In this document: one piece after another, positions 17,720-25,762 of the stretch
Layout: the number at the start of each line of letters is the position of its first letter
Numbering within the stretch: position 1 is the stretch's first letter
From: a virus
Lineage: Duplodnaviria; Caudoviricetes
DNA: 33,866 bases
Virus record (IMG/VR): IMGVR_UViG_3300032225_002000
Location: 1-33,866 of that record
Strand: one strand, 5' to 3'
The notes under the pieces: generated by a model
What the model saw: only the letters and a program-made list of their open reading frames with translations
Told to the model about the DNA's origin: nothing
Databases searched by the model: none
Translations under genes and position numbers: made by a program

Positions 17720-18372
17720 TGGGATATTTTAGGGAATTACCAGATCTGGAGTATCAATCGCCTTTTCAAAATAGAGTATCTTCTGATGCTTATGTTCGTG
17801 CAAAGAATTTATTTCGTAGAGTCAAACTTCGTGACGATTTGCAGAATTCCTTTACGGTTTTTAATAAGTATCAAATTCAAGATGGTGCTCGTCCAGATAC
17901 TGTGGCAGAAGAACTTTATGGTAGAGCAGATTTAGATTGGGTTGTAATTTTAACAGCAGGAATTGTAAATATTAGAAATGAATGGCCTTTATCGGATAGA
18001 GATATTTACAGATATGCCGAAGAAATTTATGGAACACAATTAAATTCAGTACATCATTATGAAACTAAAGAAGTTAAAGATTCAAAAGGTCGTTTGATTC
18101 TTCCCGCAGGCAAAGTTGTGGATTATAATTTTACAATTCCAGATCCAAATATTCCAACTCAAAATATTATTCCTGCACCAGTTACGGGAATCAGTAATTA
18201 TAAGTACGAAGTCATAAAGAATAATGAAAAAAGAACGATTTATATTTTGAAAAAGCAATATTTACAACAATACCTGAATGATATGAGGAAAATTATGCAT
18301 TATGATAAGTCTTCACAATATGTTGATAAGACTTTAATTCGTACTGAGAATACTAGAGTTACATTGCCATAA
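17719..18372 (+). CDS. gp53: Baseplate wedge subunit gp53 (LysM-like)
   Basis: YFRELP..KNLFRR..RPDTVAEELYG..DWVVIL..EWPLS..HHYET..NYKYE..NNEKRTI. Confidence 0.92.
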   Translation: MGYFRELPDLEYQSPFQNRVSSDAYVRAKNLFRRVKLRDDLQNSFTVFNKYQIQDGARPDTVAEELYGRADLDWVVILTAGIVNIRNEWPLSDRDIYRYAEEIYGTQLNSVHHYETKEVKDSKGRLILPAGKVVDYNFTIPDPNIPTQNIIPAPVTGISNYKYEVIKNNEKRTIYILKKQYLQQYLNDMRKIMHYDKSSQYVDKTLIRTENTRVTLP

Positions 18373-18395
18373 AAAAGAGGAGATTTCTCTCCTCT
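18371..18395 (-). terminator. Intrinsic terminator for gp32, between convergent gp53 and gp32
   Basis: Minus strand AGAGGAGA-GAAA-TCTCCTCT followed by a T run. Confidence 0.85.
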
Positions 18396-18416
18396 AATAT
18401 TTAATTTTTAGTTAGA

Positions 18417-19337
18417 TCATTGTTCCGCCAGACGGGAAAAATATGACATTGTGTCATCTTCATCGTCATCATCATAAGAAGAAGATTTAGAAGAGGATAG
18501 ACTACTTAGTTCTGTACGAAGATCTTCATCAAGATCACGAACTGAACCACGAGAAGTTGATTCTTCCTCAGCAACTTCAGGATCTTGACGACGAGTTTCT
18601 TTGTTACCAAGAACATGACCAAGACGCTTCTTCAGTTCATCATAGGACTTGAACTGATTGGGAGAAACCAGTTCGGCAAGAGAATATTGCTTTTTCCAGA
18701 TTGCTTCCATTGCATCATCATCATCTAACAGAGCACCTTGTGCGGCAAACTCTGATGAATCATAGTTACGATAACCAGCAACATTCTTTGCCTTCAGTTT
18801 GAAGTTAGCACCTTGCCAGAAATCAAATGGATCAATTGGAGTCTCATCTTCAAACTCTGGTTGCATTGCGGCAGTGATCTTATCAAAGATCTTTTTACCG
18901 AACTTATAGAGGAAGACTTTACCTTCGTTATCAGGATTGGCAGGATCTTTGACAACATAAATGTTGGCAATATACGTCAATTTACGCTTCTGCTTACGAG
19001 CAATTTCTTTGCCAGCATCAGTACCATTGTTCCACAGTTCGGAATTAAGTTCTGAAACAGGATCTTTTTGTCCCAAAGTAGTGAGGCTGTGCTCAATGAA
19101 CCATCCTCCGGGCCCTTGGAATGCATGACTATAAAGTTTTACAAATGGCAGATCTTCGCCATCAGGGGCAGGTAGGAAACGAATGATCGCATAACCATTT
19201 TGGGATTTGTCACATTCTAATTTCCATAGACGCTCATCACCAGAAGATGATGTGTTATTCATTTTTTCGACTTCCTTGACCAGTTTGGCAGTCAGGGAAC
19301 CAAGTTTGGATTGTTTCTTAAGATCGGAAAAACTCAT
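18417..19337 (-). CDS. gp32: Single-stranded DNA-binding protein gp32
   Basis: DERLWK..NGYAIIRFLPA..HAFQGPGGWFIE..KRKLTYIANIYVVKDP..FGKKIFDKI..GANFKLK..NYDSSEF, acidic C-terminus. Confidence 0.96.
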   Translation of the reverse strand: MSFSDLKKQSKLGSLTAKLVKEVEKMNNTSSSGDERLWKLECDKSQNGYAIIRFLPAPDGEDLPFVKLYSHAFQGPGGWFIEHSLTTLGQKDPVSELNSELWNNGTDAGKEIARKQKRKLTYIANIYVVKDPANPDNEGKVFLYKFGKKIFDKITAAMQPEFEDETPIDPFDFWQGANFKLKAKNVAGYRNYDSSEFAAQGALLDDDDAMEAIWKKQYSLAELVSPNQFKSYDELKKRLGHVLGNKETRRQDPEVAEEESTSRGSVRDLDEDLRTELSSLSSSKSSSYDDDDEDDTMSYFSRLAEQ

Positions 19338-19338
19338 T

Positions 19339-19371
19339 TTGGATTTTTTGGATAAATTGGATTTGTTGGAT
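19339..19371 (-). repeat. Four ATCCAA repeats at exact 9-nt period in the gp32 leader
   Basis: ttggat on + strand at 19339, 19348, 19357, 19366. Confidence 0.85.
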
Positions 19372-19380
19372 TACTTGAAT

Positions 19381-19409
19381 ATTATAACAAAAATTGTCTC
19401 ATCTGTCAA
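19381..19409 (-). promoter_or_regulatory. Consensus sigma70-type promoter for gp32
   Basis: TTGACA (19409-19404), 17 nt, TATAAT (19386-19381), with extended TGn. Confidence 0.9.
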
Positions 19410-19731
19410 TAAATTGTCGGAGAGACTCAATCGTTTTGTTCATGTTATTGAAAAGTAAATTCATATCTATATCGGGAGAAAATCCCATAATTGATACGGA
19501 TTTACGCAGATTCTCTTTCATCTTAATCGCTTGTGGATCATCAGAAAGAGAGAGTCTTGTGTACATAATGCGTTGCTTTTCTAATAGCAAGGTCATTTTT
19601 TCAATGTGTTCTAGTTTATCTTCGCGGGACATTGAACCAAATGACAAAATACTTCCATAAATGAATTTTTGAAGTTCATTAATTTCTTCAAGTTCTTCTT
19701 GTATAAATTCAGAATCAAAAAATTTACTCAT
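19399..19731 (-). CDS. Conserved cyanophage hypothetical protein (DUF1825-like)
   Basis: FFDSEFIQEE..LLEKQRIMYTRLSLSDDPQA; usual position between gp59 and gp32. Confidence 0.7.
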   Translation of the reverse strand: MSKFFDSEFIQEELEEINELQKFIYGSILSFGSMSREDKLEHIEKMTLLLEKQRIMYTRLSLSDDPQAIKMKENLRKSVSIMGFSPDIDMNLLFNNMNKTIESLRQFIDR

Positions 19732-20311
19732 TTACAATTTCCCGCAAAAGTTTTTTGTAATTAAACACGTTTATATTTAGAAATGGTTTATACTTTGAAA
19801 TTTTTAAACTTACAGACTCCCATACTGGATCTAATAGTTTCTTATCAAATACATTTGCAAAATGAAAGATAGTATCATAAATCACTAGGGTTTCAATACC
19901 AATCTTTCCTCCCAGATATTTTTTTAAAACTACCGGATGACCTTTAGAACAGTTGAAAGCATCTTCTAATTTTGTTTCTGAGAGTAATTCTTGTGATTGT
20001 TCTTTGAACAAGTAAGTTAAACTCTGCTGTCGTTTCATCCACTCAGAATAAGTTCTTTCTCCAGAATTTATGATTGATCCAATCCATAAATTCTGAGGAT
20101 TATCTGTGGCAACAAAGTTTGATACTAAAAAGTCAACTATTTCTTTATCAGAATACTTTCTAGAACTTTTCTCGAAGAAGTATTTATCGGATCGACGGTT
20201 AAACGATGCGAGTGTTGCTCTTGTCTTTTTATATTTAAAGTAATCATATTTTGGATTATTAAAATGTGATTTTAACGCCAAATATTCACAATAAACTTGA
20301 AATGGTGCCAT
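19724..20311 (-). CDS. gp59: Helicase loader gp59
   Basis: YLALKSHF..YDYFKY..RSDKYFFEK..FLVSNFV..ETLVI..KYKPFL. Confidence 0.9.
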   Translation of the reverse strand: MAPFQVYCEYLALKSHFNNPKYDYFKYKKTRATLASFNRRSDKYFFEKSSRKYSDKEIVDFLVSNFVATDNPQNLWIGSIINSGERTYSEWMKRQQSLTYLFKEQSQELLSETKLEDAFNCSKGHPVVLKKYLGGKIGIETLVIYDTIFHFANVFDKKLLDPVWESVSLKISKYKPFLNINVFNYKKLLREIVNE

Positions 20312-20320
20312 TATATAGTT

Positions 20321-20626
20321 TTAAAAAAGTGGTTTTGCCTTGGAACTGCGCTTCATAAAATTCAAATTAATTGCATCATACTTCAGTCTTTCCTTAAGTG
20401 GTTTTGATATAAGTTTCGTAATTGAATCTACTTCAAGTTTATTGACTTCACAATAATTCACTATTGCATCAATATAATTGCATTTTTCTTCTGCAACAAT
20501 CTTTTCTATTTCTAGTGCAAATTTAGAAGGAGTTAAAAACTTATTTTCTATTGCTTGTTCTAATTCTTTATTTGGTTCCATGTATTCTATTTTAAATTCC
20601 AGAAGATTTTCTAATGCATTACTCAT
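20321..20626 (-). CDS. gp33: Late transcription coactivator gp33
   Basis: FALEIEKIV..YIDAIVNYCE..KLISKPLKERLKYDA..LNF; upstream of gp59 as in T4. Start could be the later Met at 20581. Confidence 0.88.
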   Translation of the reverse strand: MSNALENLLEFKIEYMEPNKELEQAIENKFLTPSKFALEIEKIVAEEKCNYIDAIVNYCEVNKLEVDSITKLISKPLKERLKYDAINLNFMKRSSKAKPLF

Positions 20627-20649
20627 AAGTTTTCACAATATAATAGTTT

Positions 20650-20678
20650 ATTATAAGATATTATAATATAATAGTCAA
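20650..20678 (-). promoter_or_regulatory. Sigma70-type promoter for gp33-gp59
   Basis: TTGACT (20678-20673), 17 nt, TATAAT (20655-20650). Confidence 0.75.
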
Positions 20679-21355
20679 GTAGACATAAGTTCAAGACGGT
20701 CATTCACAAACTTTTTAATATATTCAACTACAAGTTTCATATATTTCTTAAGATCTCTTTCCTCATAAACAACACACTCACCGTCTTCACATGCCATAAT
20801 AATTACTAATTTTTTAACTGGAGTTCCAGTCATCTCATAATATGCCATACCATAAAACATTGCCTGAACAAAATAGTTCTCAATCCATTCTCTTGGTTTC
20901 GGTTTTTTAGAAGTCTTAAAGTCAATTACGGCAAGTTCTTCATCATATTCTGCAATACAATCAGCTGTACCGGCAACTCCAAGTTTTTTACTATATAGGG
21001 GGCCTTCCAAACAATGAATATTATTAATCTTATTCAGGGATTCTTTTGCAATTTTGAATAAAAATTCAGAAAGAGGTTGAACTTCAGGAAGTTCTAAAAC
21101 ATTATAAAGATAATTCTCGACTAAGCTATGCATATCAGTACCACGACTGGTTGCTGCCTTTGTGATTTTATCTGCTTCAACATCTCCAACTCTTTTTCGC
21201 CACTTCACAAAGATTTCTTTATTATAGTGACTTGTAACAGAAGTGATAGAGACTAACTTGAGTAGTTCTTCCTCATCGGGAATTGAATAATAGCGAACAC
21301 CATCTATAGTTTCTCTTTCGAGTTTTGGAAGAGTCACATCAATATGATTAAACAT
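20675..21355 (-). CDS. PD-(D/E)XK exonuclease (Cas4/RecB-like)
   Basis: SITSV..RGTDMH..E..LYS..AGTADC..IDFKTS..YFVQAMFY. Confidence 0.85.
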   Translation of the reverse strand: MFNHIDVTLPKLERETIDGVRYYSIPDEEELLKLVSITSVTSHYNKEIFVKWRKRVGDVEADKITKAATSRGTDMHSLVENYLYNVLELPEVQPLSEFLFKIAKESLNKINNIHCLEGPLYSKKLGVAGTADCIAEYDEELAVIDFKTSKKPKPREWIENYFVQAMFYGMAYYEMTGTPVKKLVIIMACEDGECVVYEERDLKKYMKLVVEYIKKFVNDRLELMST

Positions 21356-21375
21356 TAAAACCTCACTTTATTTTT

Positions 21376-21384
21376 ATTATAACA
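21376..21384 (-). promoter_or_regulatory. Extended -10 promoter upstream of exonuclease
   Basis: TGTTATAAT, no good -35; SD-like GTGAGG precedes the ATG. Confidence 0.5.
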
Positions 21385-21387
21385 CAT

Positions 21388-22152
21388 TTACCGATAGAAA
21401 ATTCCCAGTTTATGCTTTGCAATAAGGTATTCCTTAACTAATCCGCTTCTGCATATATCATCAACAGTAAATTCAATAGTATCGAAAGATATCATTGTTT
21501 TTAAAATCTTAAGGAATTCAACTACACCATCTCTTTCATTCTGTTTCAATAGATCACTTTGTTCAGTATCTCCAGTAAAAATAATTCTACTGTTTTCCCC
21601 AACACGAGTAATAATAGAATCCAATTCGTGAAATGAAAGGTTGCTAAATTCATCGACAATAATCACAGCATTATCTAAGGTAGTACCACGAAGAAATGAA
21701 GTACTCCAAAATTTAATGGTTTCTTGAGATTTTAGATTACCATAAAGCATTTCAAAGTCCATTTCACTTTGCATTTGGAACATATATTTTACCATATTCT
21801 TATAAGGAATTTGGTAGATATCTGCCTTATCATCGTGCGATCCTGGGAGGAATCCAATCTCTCTAGTAGCAACTAAGGATCGAACAATATAAACCTTCTC
21901 TACTGGTGAATTCTCATTTAATACATCTTTCAAAGCATTGTAAAGACTAATAAAAGTTTTACCAGTTCCAGCACAACCATAAGCGACAATATTTTTTTGA
22001 GAATCATAAGCATTAAACAATTTCTTTTGATTTTCGGTTAATGGTTCTATATCAATTAAAGCATCCAGACCAATAGGTTTTTTTGTTTTTCTTGGTTTTG
22101 GAATTCCATTATTTGCATCAAATTGATCATTAGACCTTTTTCTTCTTGCCAT
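21388..22152 (-). CDS. phoH: PhoH-like ATPase
   Basis: PLTENQ..GCAGTGKT (Walker A)..IGFLPG..FLRGTTL..IIVDE (Walker B)..GDTEQSDL..DICRSGLVKEYL. Confidence 0.95.
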   Translation of the reverse strand: MARRKRSNDQFDANNGIPKPRKTKKPIGLDALIDIEPLTENQKKLFNAYDSQKNIVAYGCAGTGKTFISLYNALKDVLNENSPVEKVYIVRSLVATREIGFLPGSHDDKADIYQIPYKNMVKYMFQMQSEMDFEMLYGNLKSQETIKFWSTSFLRGTTLDNAVIIVDEFSNLSFHELDSIITRVGENSRIIFTGDTEQSDLLKQNERDGVVEFLKILKTMISFDTIEFTVDDICRSGLVKEYLIAKHKLGIFYR

Positions 22153-22161
22153 ATGTTTGAT

Positions 22162-22404
22162 TTAAATTTTTTTTACTTTTGAACCAGGAGCCTTACTTGC
22201 TTTATAAAGTACATCGTTCCAACCGGGATTACGACTGATGAGTTTGTCTTTCCACTCACCAACTTCTCCTGGAGTCGCACATCCTTGACTCCAATCACGA
22301 GACCACTCCGGATTGTCTTGATACCACTGTGTGATGTCATGAACACTCATTTCAATCACTTTAGTCTCACCAGTTTCTTTGTTTTTGATCGGATATATTG
22401 CCAT
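22162..22404 (-). CDS. Conserved cyanophage hypothetical protein (80 aa)
   Basis: MAIYPIKNKETGE..GWNDVL..KAPGS, usual neighbour of phoH; start at 22404 avoids overlap with the endonuclease and follows a promoter. Confidence 0.75.
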   Translation of the reverse strand: MAIYPIKNKETGETKVIEMSVHDITQWYQDNPEWSRDWSQGCATPGEVGEWKDKLISRNPGWNDVLYKASKAPGSKVKKI

Positions 22405-22426
22405 AAGTTTTAATAATGTGTATGAG

Positions 22427-22434
22427 TATTTAGA
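22427..22434 (-). promoter_or_regulatory. Late promoter TCTAAATA
   Basis: 22 nt upstream of ATG 22404. Confidence 0.55.
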
Positions 22435-22438
22435 GTGA

Positions 22439-23149
22439 TTATACCACATACTTCCAATTACATCCTTTATGTAATTTTCTTTTTCCTTGGCACACCAAAG
22501 TTATTTTAGAAGTTGAAGCATTATTTTTTTCAGCCGCGATAGACATACTATCATATGTTTCTATTAAATTGTCATTGAGGTCATATTTTGCTATTTTTTT
22601 AACGTTATGAGATGTTCTTTTATATGGTTCTATTTTTATTTCTGGATGATTAATAAAACTTTTCCATTGATATCCCCCATATGTTTGATATTCTCCTCTG
22701 GTTACAGCACTAATACCTCTACAATCTTTACCAAAAACATCATAAGATGCATCTCTACAACTTTCATATACTTTCACTAGATGTCCATCTAAATTATAAC
22801 AAGCAACTTTTTTAGAATTGCTTTGTTTAATTGCATTCTTCCAGTTATCTCCGTGTTTTTTATTTAAAAATCCACCACCATCGCCACCATTAGTCATATT
22901 ATAATATGGTTCCAAAAGAGAAACGTAGTAAGTTTCTCTTTCATTTACTTGACCTTCTAAACACACCTCCAAAATTTCAAATGTAAAATTTTCTATACCA
23001 TATTTTCGCATAGCATAATATAATTTTGTGTTTCTTTTTTTGGAATGAGATTTATGTTGTCTCCATCTAACTTTTGGATTTTTGGATTTTCCAACATAAA
23101 TTTTTTGATTTAGAGTATTAGTTATTTTGTAAATATAGTGTGAAACCAT
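22439..23149 (-). mobile_element. Free-standing GIY-YIG homing endonuclease gene with two NUMOD1-like DNA-binding repeats
   Basis: YIYKITN..KIYVGKS..R..H..FTFEILE..NERETYYV..YNMT catalytic module; KKVACYNLDGHLVKVYES and KKIAKYDLNDNLIETYDS repeats. Confidence 0.9.
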
Positions 23150-23153
23150 AATG

Positions 23154-23181
23154 TGGTAGTTTTACTCTACCAGTATTTATA
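23154..23181 (-). promoter_or_regulatory. Late promoter TATAAATA plus leader hairpin upstream of the endonuclease
   Basis: TATAAATA (23181-23174), C, TGGTAG-AGTAAAA-CTACCA (23172-23154), CATT, ATG. Confidence 0.7.
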
Positions 23182-23184
23182 TAA

Positions 23185-23937
23185 TTAAGGACTCAATCGT
23201 GCTTTATGAAGACGTTTCTCTTCATAATATGCCCAAACATTTGGTGACCATTTTTGAAGTTCTGGTGCAAAAGAATCGCACAGTGCTTGAATCTCAAGTT
23301 GAGCATCAAGTTTAGAACGAAGATCCATAAAGTGAAGTACAGAACGAAGATTAAAGGATACTACAAAGTTCTGGCGAATTGCTTGTGCGAGATAATCACG
23401 AATATGTTCTTCACACATACCTTTATTATATTTCACAGCATAACGCTTACACCCCTCTACAATCCACTGCAACTCATCTTGACGGTCTTCTTCTGTCCAA
23501 TCATACTTCTTACCTTTACGATTGGTATAGAACCCCACAGGGCGCACATAGAAGACTTCCTCAACATTTAGTTCTTCACTGGCAACTTTGACTACACGCT
23601 TACCAGTATAACGTTGAGATTGAACATCCCAAGTTGTTCCAATACGATGGGTCCTTGCTTGAACAATTACATTGTGGACAAAACCAGAGCAGGAGAAAGT
23701 AATCTGAGGGTGTTCTAATGGTCCCCAATGTCCCCTTTCATTTGCAAGTAGTTGTTCTACAACCCATTCGCCACATTTTGTATCATTAGGAACTTCTATT
23801 TTATGAATAGGAACTTCTGAGTAATCACCTTTGCCGGCCTGCCAAATAACCTGTTCTGGAATAGGATATCCTTGAAGTTTTACCACTTCAAGATTCTTAT
23901 CAAGTTCAAGTAAATCTTTTGATTTAATAGGTTTCAT
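23185..23937 (-). CDS. thyX: Flavin-dependent thymidylate synthase
   Basis: GHWGPLEH, QARTHRIGTTWDVQSQRY (ThyX motif, THR variant), NLRSVLHFMDLR..AQLEIQ. Confidence 0.93.
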   Translation of the reverse strand: MKPIKSKDLLELDKNLEVVKLQGYPIPEQVIWQAGKGDYSEVPIHKIEVPNDTKCGEWVVEQLLANERGHWGPLEHPQITFSCSGFVHNVIVQARTHRIGTTWDVQSQRYTGKRVVKVASEELNVEEVFYVRPVGFYTNRKGKKYDWTEEDRQDELQWIVEGCKRYAVKYNKGMCEEHIRDYLAQAIRQNFVVSFNLRSVLHFMDLRSKLDAQLEIQALCDSFAPELQKWSPNVWAYYEEKRLHKARLSP

Positions 23938-24101
23938 TTTGTTCCAAATCCCTTTGATGTTTGTACTTCGATTTTTGCAAGTTGTTCTTTTATAACTCGC
24001 AATTGTGCTTTCATTTCTTTAACTCTCTCATCAGAATAAAGATGATCTTGCTTTATAAGTTTCTCAAGCAATTTCACTAATTCTTTTGCTCTCTTAGTCA
24101 T
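23934..24101 (-). CDS. Small conserved cyanophage hypothetical protein (55 aa)
   Basis: Missing from ORF track. MTKRAKELVKLLEKLIKQDHLYSDERVKEMKAQLRVIKEQLAKIEVQTSKGFGTK*; ATGA overlap with thyX. Confidence 0.8.
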   Translation of the reverse strand: MTKRAKELVKLLEKLIKQDHLYSDERVKEMKAQLRVIKEQLAKIEVQTSKGFGTK

Positions 24102-24244
24102 TAAACATCATCCTCATAAATTTCATCGTAATCTAATTCATTTAGTTTATTATATGCAGGAGTGTCTGTATATATTTCCGATTTCAATGAATCAACAAGA
24201 AGTTCCAGATTACGAACAATTAGTTTTAATTTTTCTTTGTTCAT
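24101..24244 (-). CDS. Small conserved cyanophage hypothetical protein (47 aa, acidic C-terminus)
   Basis: Missing from ORF track. MNKEKLKLIVRNLELLVDSLKSEIYTDTPAYNKLNELDYDEIYEDDV*; TAATG overlap with next ORF. Confidence 0.8.
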   Translation of the reverse strand: MNKEKLKLIVRNLELLVDSLKSEIYTDTPAYNKLNELDYDEIYEDDV

Positions 24245-24265
24245 GAATTAAGATCATTTCAGTTT

Positions 24266-24294
24266 ATTTTAGCACAAAAAAGGGAGAGAATCAA
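24266..24294 (-). promoter_or_regulatory. Sigma70-type promoter for the thyX operon, embedded in a terminator
   Basis: TTGATT (24294-24289), 17 nt, TAAAAT (24271-24266), with extended TGn. Confidence 0.65.
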
Positions 24295-24302
24295 TCCCTC
24301 CC
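24276..24302 (-). terminator. Intrinsic terminator downstream of the 451-aa gene
   Basis: GGGAGGGA-TTGAT-TCTCTCCC (one G-U pair) followed by T6. Confidence 0.8.
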
Positions 24303-24324
24303 AAAAAATATTATCTTATATTTT

Positions 24325-25680
24325 TTATCCAGCAGGTTTAAACTTAACTCCAAGTGCTTTGTTACGAGCAGCATCATTCTGTTTTGCCTTAGCAAGGTTC
24401 TTAGCAGCATTGGCAGCATCAGATTTCTTATAGGCACCGGCAAATAAGGATCTTCCAACTCTTTCTAATGGATTAGAAGAAGTTTTTGCAAGAGATTGGG
24501 CACTTGGAGATGCCTTATAAACTGCTTTACCACCTTTGAAGGCCAGATTACCAGCAACAGATTGTCCACCTCTTTGAACAACGCCAGTTTTGGCAAGTTG
24601 AACAGTTTTTCTTTGATTTCCAACACCAGTTGACATAAATCCAGTTCCACCTTTTCCCTTACTAAAAGATGTTGATCCACCAATACCTTTAACTGCGGAT
24701 CCCGCCTGACGTTGACGATTTGCGGTCGCCATTCCCTTTCTTTCTTTTGCATTTGCACCGGCAACAGTATCAAATGCTTTCTCTGCAGCCGCACCACCTG
24801 CTAAAGCACCAGCAGTTCCAAGTACGGCACTACCAACACCACCACCACCAATTGCACCGGCAGCACCACCAGCAAGACCTCCAGCGGCAACTGTAGCACC
24901 TTTTGCTAATGATCTTGCCCATCCAGAACCTTTTGATCTTTCATCTGCAGTAGATAATGCAGTATCAAGTGCTGCAGATGCTGGGCCTGCAAGTTTTCCA
25001 ATCTTTGCAAATTTTCCAGGAACTTTTGGTGCTTCTGGTGGTTTTGGTGGTCTTCCTCCGGAAGAAGATACTTTGCGAGTTGAAGAAGGTGTAGAAGAAG
25101 CAGATTTGGATGTGGATGCTTGTTTTCTTGCCGCATCATATGCTCCCCGACCCATTGAATCTGGGATTGCATTAATTGGTTTTGCCAATTGTCCCCCAGA
25201 TTTTCCAGGAGGAAGTGCTGGTCTAGATGTTGGAGTAGAGTTTTGTCTAATTACTTGTTGCCCAGGAGATGCTTTTGGTGCTTCTGGAGCAACAGCAGAT
25301 AAACGCTTTGTTGTTTTTACTGGTTCAGTTGAAACGAAAGGAGTTTTTCCACCAGTGAAATTTTGCGCTCCTCCAGACCTTGTAAGTAACGATCCTTGAC
25401 TCATTTTTTCAGAACCTCTTACACTAGATCCAGGAACTCTAGTTGTAGTACCTGTTGGTGATTTAGGAATCTCCATTTGCCCAGGAGATGCTTTTGTACC
25501 TTTTGGACCTGCTGGAGACAATCTTCTAGATGCTGGAACTGGTGTAGGATCTGTTCCAGTAAATGGAGTTTTCTTAGGATTTCTAAAATCTTGTGAAGTA
25601 CCTTTACTGGTTAGTAATTTTCCCTGTACTTCCGCTTCACTTAAATATGATTCATTTAAAAACTGATTAAAAGACTTCAT
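24325..25680 (-). CDS. Putative internal head (ejected) protein; basic, low-complexity, Gly-zipper segment
   Basis: N-terminus MKSFNQFLNE resembles T4 capsid-targeting sequences; own late promoter and terminator; K/G/A/S/P-rich. Confidence 0.65.
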   Translation of the reverse strand: MKSFNQFLNESYLSEAEVQGKLLTSKGTSQDFRNPKKTPFTGTDPTPVPASRRLSPAGPKGTKASPGQMEIPKSPTGTTTRVPGSSVRGSEKMSQGSLLTRSGGAQNFTGGKTPFVSTEPVKTTKRLSAVAPEAPKASPGQQVIRQNSTPTSRPALPPGKSGGQLAKPINAIPDSMGRGAYDAARKQASTSKSASSTPSSTRKVSSSGGRPPKPPEAPKVPGKFAKIGKLAGPASAALDTALSTADERSKGSGWARSLAKGATVAAGGLAGGAAGAIGGGGVGSAVLGTAGALAGGAAAEKAFDTVAGANAKERKGMATANRQRQAGSAVKGIGGSTSFSKGKGGTGFMSTGVGNQRKTVQLAKTGVVQRGGQSVAGNLAFKGGKAVYKASPSAQSLAKTSSNPLERVGRSLFAGAYKKSDAANAAKNLAKAKQNDAARNKALGVKFKPAG

Positions 25681-25701
25681 TTACTTTCTTACTTTTTTAG
25701 T

Positions 25702-25709
25702 TATTTATA
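25702..25709 (-). promoter_or_regulatory. Consensus T4 late promoter TATAAATA
   Basis: 21 nt upstream of ATG 25680. Confidence 0.8.
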
Positions 25710-25724
25710 AAATCCTACAGAAAC

Positions 25725-25754
25725 AAAAAAATACTGGAAAATTTTTCCCAGCAT
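25725..25754 (-). terminator. Intrinsic terminator
   Basis: ATGCTGGGAA-AAAT-TTTCCAGTAT (two G-U pairs) followed by T6, just after the stop at 25763. Confidence 0.75.
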
Positions 25755-25762
25755 TTTTGAAA

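Noticed and set aside
20675-21355. CRISPR-associated cas4
   Set aside because: No array or other cas genes; this exonuclease is a usual core gene between phoH and gp33.
22439-23937. Group I intron carrying the endonuclease within thyX
   Set aside because: thyX is complete with its own stop, and the flanking spacers (about 35 nt) are too short for an intron core.
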